From: an uncultured Desulfurococcales archaeon | GTDB taxonomy: Archaea > Thermoproteota > Thermoprotei_A > Sulfolobales > Sulfolobaceae | Direction of reading: 5' to 3' | Assembly (NCBI GenBank): GCA_964546225.1 | Contig: CAZJJB010000004.1 | Location: 1,767-65,766, forward strand | Length of the DNA stretch: 64,000 bases | Shown: positions 59,211 through 64,000 of the stretch, one piece after another | How positions within the stretch are numbered: position 1 is the stretch's first letter | How the letters are laid out: each line of letters starts with the position of its first letter | Translations under genes and position numbers: made by a program | The notes under the pieces: model-generated | Told to the model about the DNA's origin: nothing | Database searches by the model: none | What the model saw: the letters and a program-made list of their open reading frames with translations, nothing else

Positions 59211-59630
59211 ATGGAATCTAACACAGATGAACTGAGAAAGTTCCTTGAGAATAAAATATCAAGCTTAAAAAAGGAGCTTGAGTATTATGAGTATTTATTA
59301 AGTTTACTCGAATCAGGTTTTTCACCAGTCAAGGGCAACAAGGGAAGTATTGACTATATAAAAAGTAGAAAAGGTGAGATTATAGCAGAGGTATATTATA
59401 CTCCGCCATTAATGAAAATCATAGTTAGGAGAAAATTAACGCTAAGCAAAGCTTACATTAATGCATTGAGTAAAATTCTTGAAGATAGTAAAAATAATGA
59501 TAAAATAGATTATAACATAGTATTTGATAAGGACGATTTAAAAGAAATAAGTATAAACAATGTCAATGACGATCTATGCTATAATAAAATAAAAATAGCC
59601 TTACAGACAATATTGGAAAGAGCGGCTTAA
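59211..59630 (+). CDS. Hypothetical protein with N-terminal coiled coil
   Basis: 139-aa ORF convergent with the ATPase gene. Confidence 0.75.
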   Translation: MESNTDELRKFLENKISSLKKELEYYEYLLSLLESGFSPVKGNKGSIDYIKSRKGEIIAEVYYTPPLMKIIVRRKLTLSKAYINALSKILEDSKNNDKIDYNIVFDKDDLKEISINNVNDDLCYNKIKIALQTILERAA

Positions 59631-61414
59631 TTTATAACTTCGATCTTTATTACCAAAGGTCTTGGATCGCCTAAGAATCTTATTAAAGCTTCTCCTCTAC
59701 CTAAAAATGCAAGATTATTACTTATTTCGTTCTCATTGACGTTAACAAACCTTTTCACGGTATTATTCCAAAATTCCTTATCTCCATTATTCATAAAAAT
59801 TAATAATCCAATATTATCAAGATAAACTGAAGACATTTCTCCTAAGTCTTCAATATTTTGTGTAGCCATGAATAATGCAATTCCATGACCTCTACCTCTC
59901 TTTACTAAATCCGCAACTAAAGGATAGTCTACTTTCTCGTTTTTTAATACTGTCCATGCTTCATCTAATATCAAAACTACCCTAGTTCCTCTATCAACAG
60001 AATTAGAAAATTTATTATATATATTAGTTATAATTGTATACATTATTATTTTTCTTAAAGTTTCGTTTTTAACTGTTGTAAGATCTACTATATTTATCCC
60101 AGGGACTAATAAATCTGCCACATTATCTCCATGATCTAAGCTTTTAACAATTCTAATTATCTTTGAAATATAAAGATAAGTTATTTCGTCTAACATGGAT
60201 TTTGCTTTATCATCTATTACATCCCAATTTAAGTATGAGATTTTACCTGAATAATAATCTTCTAATGTATCATATACTAATTTAAACATTATTGAACCAT
60301 AAATCTTGTCCAAATCGAATGAATTTGTTAATATCTTTTCTATCTGCATTGCCCTAACTTGTAGCGGAATATTATCACATTTAAGTAAGGAAATTCCGTG
60401 ATATAGGGGATTAAATATTTTTGTTTCAAATCCACGCTTTATTATTCTTTGCTTTATATCTCCTTTTGTATCGAAAAATACTATAGGAATTGAATAATTT
60501 AATGCCAATTGTAAAGAAGTATTAATTAGGAACTCGGTCTTTCCTGCGCCAGTAGGTCCTATAATAAGCATGTGAGGATTCTCGATACTATCAATATTCC
60601 AGAATACTGGAATTCCATGATTAATGTCCTTACCTAAAAGGATACCATCATTTCTAAGCTGAAATTTAGGAAGTTTATCGACAGAAAACGGAGTTAAGAA
60701 AGGTACTTGACTAGGGATAGAAATTTTATCAGACTTACACTCATCTAAAAAAATTATACTTAATATTTCGTTCCTTTTAGCTAGCCTAGATCTTATATTT
60801 AATCCTTCAAGTCCTTTACTTATAACCTCTGCTAACTGTAGTGCCCTTTCCTTATTTCTACTGTGAATCAATAAGTATATCTCATACTTAAACGGATATT
60901 CCCCTTCTGATATTCTATCTAAAAGAAAATTGACTATTTCTAGTTCTCTTTTTGCTTTGCTATTTGATGGATCTGAGTCTATTATAATCCTTAAATTTTG
61001 AGCCTTATGTAATAAAGCTTCCTTATACTTTATACTGTCAACATATTTTTTCCTAAAGAAAATATCTACTTGTTCACCTACTTGCAATATTTTATAGAAC
61101 GACGCTATAGAGCTTCTTAAACTATTCTCGCTTAAATCTTTATAATCCACAGGGATGTCGTAAATCAATAGTACACCTATGTATTCATTTCCTCTCTGTA
61201 TATATCCATCTTCTATCTTAATGTTTGATAAATTTAATGAACTATTAAAAATACGAATTTTTTGACCTAATAATTTTATATCAATTTTATTATATCTAAA
61301 TGCAATAACACTAATAACCACTAATAGTAGCAACAATAATGGATTCCTATAAATTATTGTAAGAACAATAACTAGTGCTGAAATGAAAATAAAAGATATT
61401 TTATCCTCATTCAT
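59627..61414 (-). CDS. cedB: Membrane-anchored VirB4/HerA-like ATPase, CedB (crenarchaeal DNA import)
   Basis: N-terminal TM hairpin, Walker A GPTGAGKT, Walker B LILDEAW, 'KRGRGHG' and 'ATQ'. Adjacent to the lys cluster as recalled for Sulfolobus cedB. Confidence 0.8.
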   Translation of the reverse strand: MNEDKISFIFISALVIVLTIIYRNPLLLLLLVVISVIAFRYNKIDIKLLGQKIRIFNSSLNLSNIKIEDGYIQRGNEYIGVLLIYDIPVDYKDLSENSLRSSIASFYKILQVGEQVDIFFRKKYVDSIKYKEALLHKAQNLRIIIDSDPSNSKAKRELEIVNFLLDRISEGEYPFKYEIYLLIHSRNKERALQLAEVISKGLEGLNIRSRLAKRNEILSIIFLDECKSDKISIPSQVPFLTPFSVDKLPKFQLRNDGILLGKDINHGIPVFWNIDSIENPHMLIIGPTGAGKTEFLINTSLQLALNYSIPIVFFDTKGDIKQRIIKRGFETKIFNPLYHGISLLKCDNIPLQVRAMQIEKILTNSFDLDKIYGSIMFKLVYDTLEDYYSGKISYLNWDVIDDKAKSMLDEITYLYISKIIRIVKSLDHGDNVADLLVPGINIVDLTTVKNETLRKIIMYTIITNIYNKFSNSVDRGTRVVLILDEAWTVLKNEKVDYPLVADLVKRGRGHGIALFMATQNIEDLGEMSSVYLDNIGLLIFMNNGDKEFWNNTVKRFVNVNENEISNNLAFLGRGEALIRFLGDPRPLVIKIEVIN

Positions 61415-61445
61415 AATAAGCTAGGAGAAAAATAATGATGGGAGA

Positions 61446-61458
61446 GAAAATCGAAAGT
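61446..61458 (-). promoter_or_regulatory. Two ANTTTC hexamers upstream of cedB (UV/DNA-damage-response-like element)
   Basis: Minus-strand ACTTTC (61458-53) and ATTTTC (61451-46), 32-44 nt upstream of the ATG; no canonical TATA at -25 to -30. Confidence 0.5.
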
Positions 61459-61459
61459 T

Positions 61460-62047
61460 CTAAAGCTCTATATTAGCATGAATCTGCCTTAGATCTTCTT
61501 CAGTCTTCTTTAACCTTAACATTAATTCTGCTACAACTCCGTCCAAGAACATTTGAGTAGTGTCTTCAAATAATGTGCCCAGAGGAGCTAGAGGCTCAGT
61601 TATGCCCAGTATTTGTCTAGCAAAATAATCCTCAAATTGAGAATATTTAGTCCTACCAGGAACTTCGACTACGACATCAGCAATCTTACCTATTGGACTA
61701 TCACTATAACTAGTCACAGCGACTAAAGTTGCTTTAGCGTCTTTCGCAGCTTCTGCTGCAGTTAAAATTAATCTAGTCCTTCCAGATCCAGAAATTGCTA
61801 TAGCTAGATCATTTTTACCAATAGCAGGAACTATAGTTTCACCTAATACGTAAGCATTATACCCAAGATGTAATAATCTCATAGCAAAAGCTCTTCCTAC
61901 TAATCCGCTCCTACCTGCACCCATAACCAATACTTTTCCGTTTCTATTATTTTTATAAAAATTTTCTAATGTATTAACCATTTTTTCTACTTGATCTGGT
62001 TTAATAAGTTGTGCAGCTCTAATTACAAACTCAGCTAGATCGTACAT
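61460..62047 (-). CDS. phi: 6-phospho-3-hexuloisomerase
   Basis: SIS domain 'GAGRSG', 'ISGSG' and 'PLGTLFE'; ATG 62047 preferred. Confidence 0.93.
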   Translation of the reverse strand: MYDLAEFVIRAAQLIKPDQVEKMVNTLENFYKNNRNGKVLVMGAGRSGLVGRAFAMRLLHLGYNAYVLGETIVPAIGKNDLAIAISGSGRTRLILTAAEAAKDAKATLVAVTSYSDSPIGKIADVVVEVPGRTKYSQFEDYFARQILGITEPLAPLGTLFEDTTQMFLDGVVAELMLRLKKTEEDLRQIHANIEL

Positions 62048-62199
62048 AGTTTTTAAACTAAGAGGTAGATTAAGAAGAGAGGAGGAAGATGATGACAACC
62101 GATTCGCCGTGAAAGTATAGGATAAATAGTTTATAAAGTTTGTTATTTATGTGAATAGTATTTTAAGTTATAATTACAAAATGATAATAATGATTTTTA

Positions 62200-62487
62200 A
62201 TGAGCAGTAGATGGGTACCTAAATGGAAGGTAGTAAAAATTAATGTTAAAGGAAGAGACGTAGAAGTATGTTATGATGATGATTTAAAACTATATGCGTG
62301 TCCGTTTTGTAATCCCATATGCAAAAAAGGAGGAATACCGGACTATAGCACATATTTTTATCATGTAGAAGATTTAGTTGCTCATATAATAGCTCATAAA
62401 AACGCACTCTGGCTGAAGAAGAGACCGCAAGAAATAAGAGGAGAAGAAGAGGAAGAAGGAGAAGAGGAAGAGAATGACGAAGATTAG
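62200..62487 (+). CDS. Small zinc-finger protein with acidic tail
   Basis: 'CPFC...HIIAH' and a poly-Glu C-terminus. Confidence 0.75.
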   Translation: MSSRWVPKWKVVKINVKGRDVEVCYDDDLKLYACPFCNPICKKGGIPDYSTYFYHVEDLVAHIIAHKNALWLKKRPQEIRGEEEEEGEEEENDED

Positions 62488-63268
62488 AATAGGTATTGCT
62501 GGAAGTTATACAATAGACGAAATTCATGAAAACGGTTTAACTTACGAACAACCTGGCGGTTCTCCAATATATTCTAGTTTAGGAGTTTACGTGGCTGGGG
62601 GAGAACCTCATGTATATTCTGTGAAGGGAGAAGATTTTAATTTTAAGTTGCCTGAATATATAAAGGAAGATATTATATTTCATACTAAATATAATCTAAG
62701 ATTTGAAATAAATTTATATAACGGTAAGAGAACTTTAAAACTAAAATTTCCTGCAACTAGAATAGATCTTAATATCCTACCGAAAGATGTAGACGGTTTA
62801 ATACTTAATCCAGTATGCAATGAAATTGACTTAAACCAAGTACACGCAATAATTCCATTAGCTGTAGACTTTCAAGGTATTGTAAGGAAATGTTTAGTAG
62901 ATAAAGAGATATCCTATAATGAAATCGACAACATCCCTCCTAATTCAAGCTATCTAGTAGCACATGCAAATATAGAAGAAGTAAACAATGGGAAATTAAA
63001 TATAAATAAGCTCTTTAACGTAGGGTTTAAAGAAATCATAATAAGTTACGGAGATGAAGGATTTGAGATTTACACTAAAAATAGAAAATTAAAGGAGAAC
63101 ATGGAAACTAAGGGAAAGTATGAAGTAGGAAATGGAGATTTTCTACTAGGATTTTACTTTACTCTGAGAGTTAAAGGAATAAAAATAGACGAAGCGTCAA
63201 AACTTTCAAAGATCGCTTCGCAAAAATTTAGCATGTACGGACCAAATTTACAGCTTCTTCTAAGCTAA
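62474..63268 (+). CDS. PfkB/ribokinase-family carbohydrate kinase
   Basis: 'PGGSP' and the anion hole 'VGNGDF'. Confidence 0.8.
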   Translation: MTKIRIGIAGSYTIDEIHENGLTYEQPGGSPIYSSLGVYVAGGEPHVYSVKGEDFNFKLPEYIKEDIIFHTKYNLRFEINLYNGKRTLKLKFPATRIDLNILPKDVDGLILNPVCNEIDLNQVHAIIPLAVDFQGIVRKCLVDKEISYNEIDNIPPNSSYLVAHANIEEVNNGKLNINKLFNVGFKEIIISYGDEGFEIYTKNRKLKENMETKGKYEVGNGDFLLGFYFTLRVKGIKIDEASKLSKIASQKFSMYGPNLQLLLS

Positions 63269-64000
63269 TATTTTTCCACAATCCTAATCTACCGCAATTT
63301 TTAACATAATCAACCTCAACTGAAGGAGTGCCAAATAGAATGGCATCTTTAATAACATGTGATCTATATGCCAAAATTTCGTCTCTGTAAATGAGATGAA
63401 CTCTTTTTAAATCGCTAAATACCTTTTTTATATCAGGTAATTTAGAAGTGAAAAATGAATATATATAATTAATGTAAATATCGTCCTCTATATTTTCTCT
63501 TATAATATATGAAAACACTATTCCAGAATCACCGTTAATATATAAATCCCAATCTTTCATACCTTTAGTTATTAATATCGTAACAAAAGCTGAAACTGAT
63601 TTTAGATTTGGCTCATCGTAACCCAAAATTTTCATCAAATCCTTTCTTGAAATCGTATTATATAACTCATCAAAAAGTATTGATCTCCCCTTATTAGTAA
63701 TTATTTTTTTATCTTTTATCAATATAGGATATTCATTGATTATTTTTACACCTTTACTAAGAGCAGATATAATTTCTCCAAAATTTTCAATCCAAAACAT
63801 TTTCCCATTAAATTCTAACCAAGAAGGTAATTTATCACAGAAGTTACAAATTTTCTCTTTTAAATACTTCACTTTTTCTGAACGTATTCTTGGCTTATAT
63901 TCATGATATTTCAAATTATCTAAGAACAGATTCTTTACAAGCGGTGGAATAATATGAACTTTAATACCAGAAATCTCCTCTGTAGCAAATAATCCTCCAA
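63228..64000 (-). CDS. Probable FAD/NAD(P)-binding oxidoreductase, 5'-truncated by the window edge
   Basis: The frame stays open from 63914 to the edge, adding 'GGLFATEEISGIKVH', which resembles the GG motif after a dinucleotide-binding fold. Confidence 0.6.
   Translation of the reverse strand, partial: GGLFATEEISGIKVHIIPPLVKNLFLDNLKYHEYKPRIRSEKVKYLKEKICNFCDKLPSWLEFNGKMFWIENFGEIISALSKGVKIINEYPILIKDKKIITNKGRSILFDELYNTISRKDLMKILGYDEPNLKSVSAFVTILITKGMKDWDLYINGDSGIVFSYIIRENIEDDIYINYIYSFFTSKLPDIKKVFSDLKRVHLIYRDEILAYRSHVIKDAILFGTPSVEVDYVKNCGRLGLWKNISLEEAVNLVRTC

Noticed and set aside
62048-62098. Poly-Ser N-terminus of Phi
   Set aside because: Artefact of an upstream TTG in a pyrimidine-rich leader; the protein most plausibly starts at MYDLAEF.
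62089-62160. ATGATGA as a possible box C of another sRNA
   Set aside because: No CTGA box D or D'/C' pair at suitable spacing.

Overview
AT-rich, densely coding 64-kb stretch of the core chromosome of a crenarchaeon of the order Sulfolobales. Gene content and low GC suggest an Acidianus-like organism (inference). It carries housekeeping genes (acnA, fumC, tpiA, purE/purK, acs, rps8e, srp19, uppS, trm10, ttuA/ncsA, DEAD-box helicase, phi) and the complete LysW-dependent lysYZM-WXJK cluster. It also has an intron-containing tRNA-Lys(CTT), the Arn-type phospho-signalling locus (vWA / PPP phosphatase / ZnR-FHA / vWA, plus a nearby TPR Ser/Thr kinase), and a cedB-like DNA-import ATPase. I found no transposase, integrase, virus, CRISPR array or rRNA. 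Things the ORF track misses: (i) the primase subunit priX, whose frame has no ATG/GTG/TTG at its 5' end (probable ATA start); (ii) a DUF429 gene whose conserved N-terminal motif also needs a non-canonical (ATT) start; (iii) lysW; (iv) two tandem box C/D guide sRNAs at 17.1-17.2 kb, one matching a conserved 23S rRNA segment; (v) a perfect 32-bp palindrome plus operator-like repeats between two divergent regulators; (vi) a genomically encoded CCACCA tRNA end; (vii) LysM and UV-response-like promoter elements. I see no clearly new multi-gene system. The most novel candidates are the non-AUG starts, the sRNA/palindrome regulatory locus at 17-19 kb, and the tail-to-tail CoA-transferase subunits. 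All family assignments come from recognised motifs and remembered homologues; no database searches were run.
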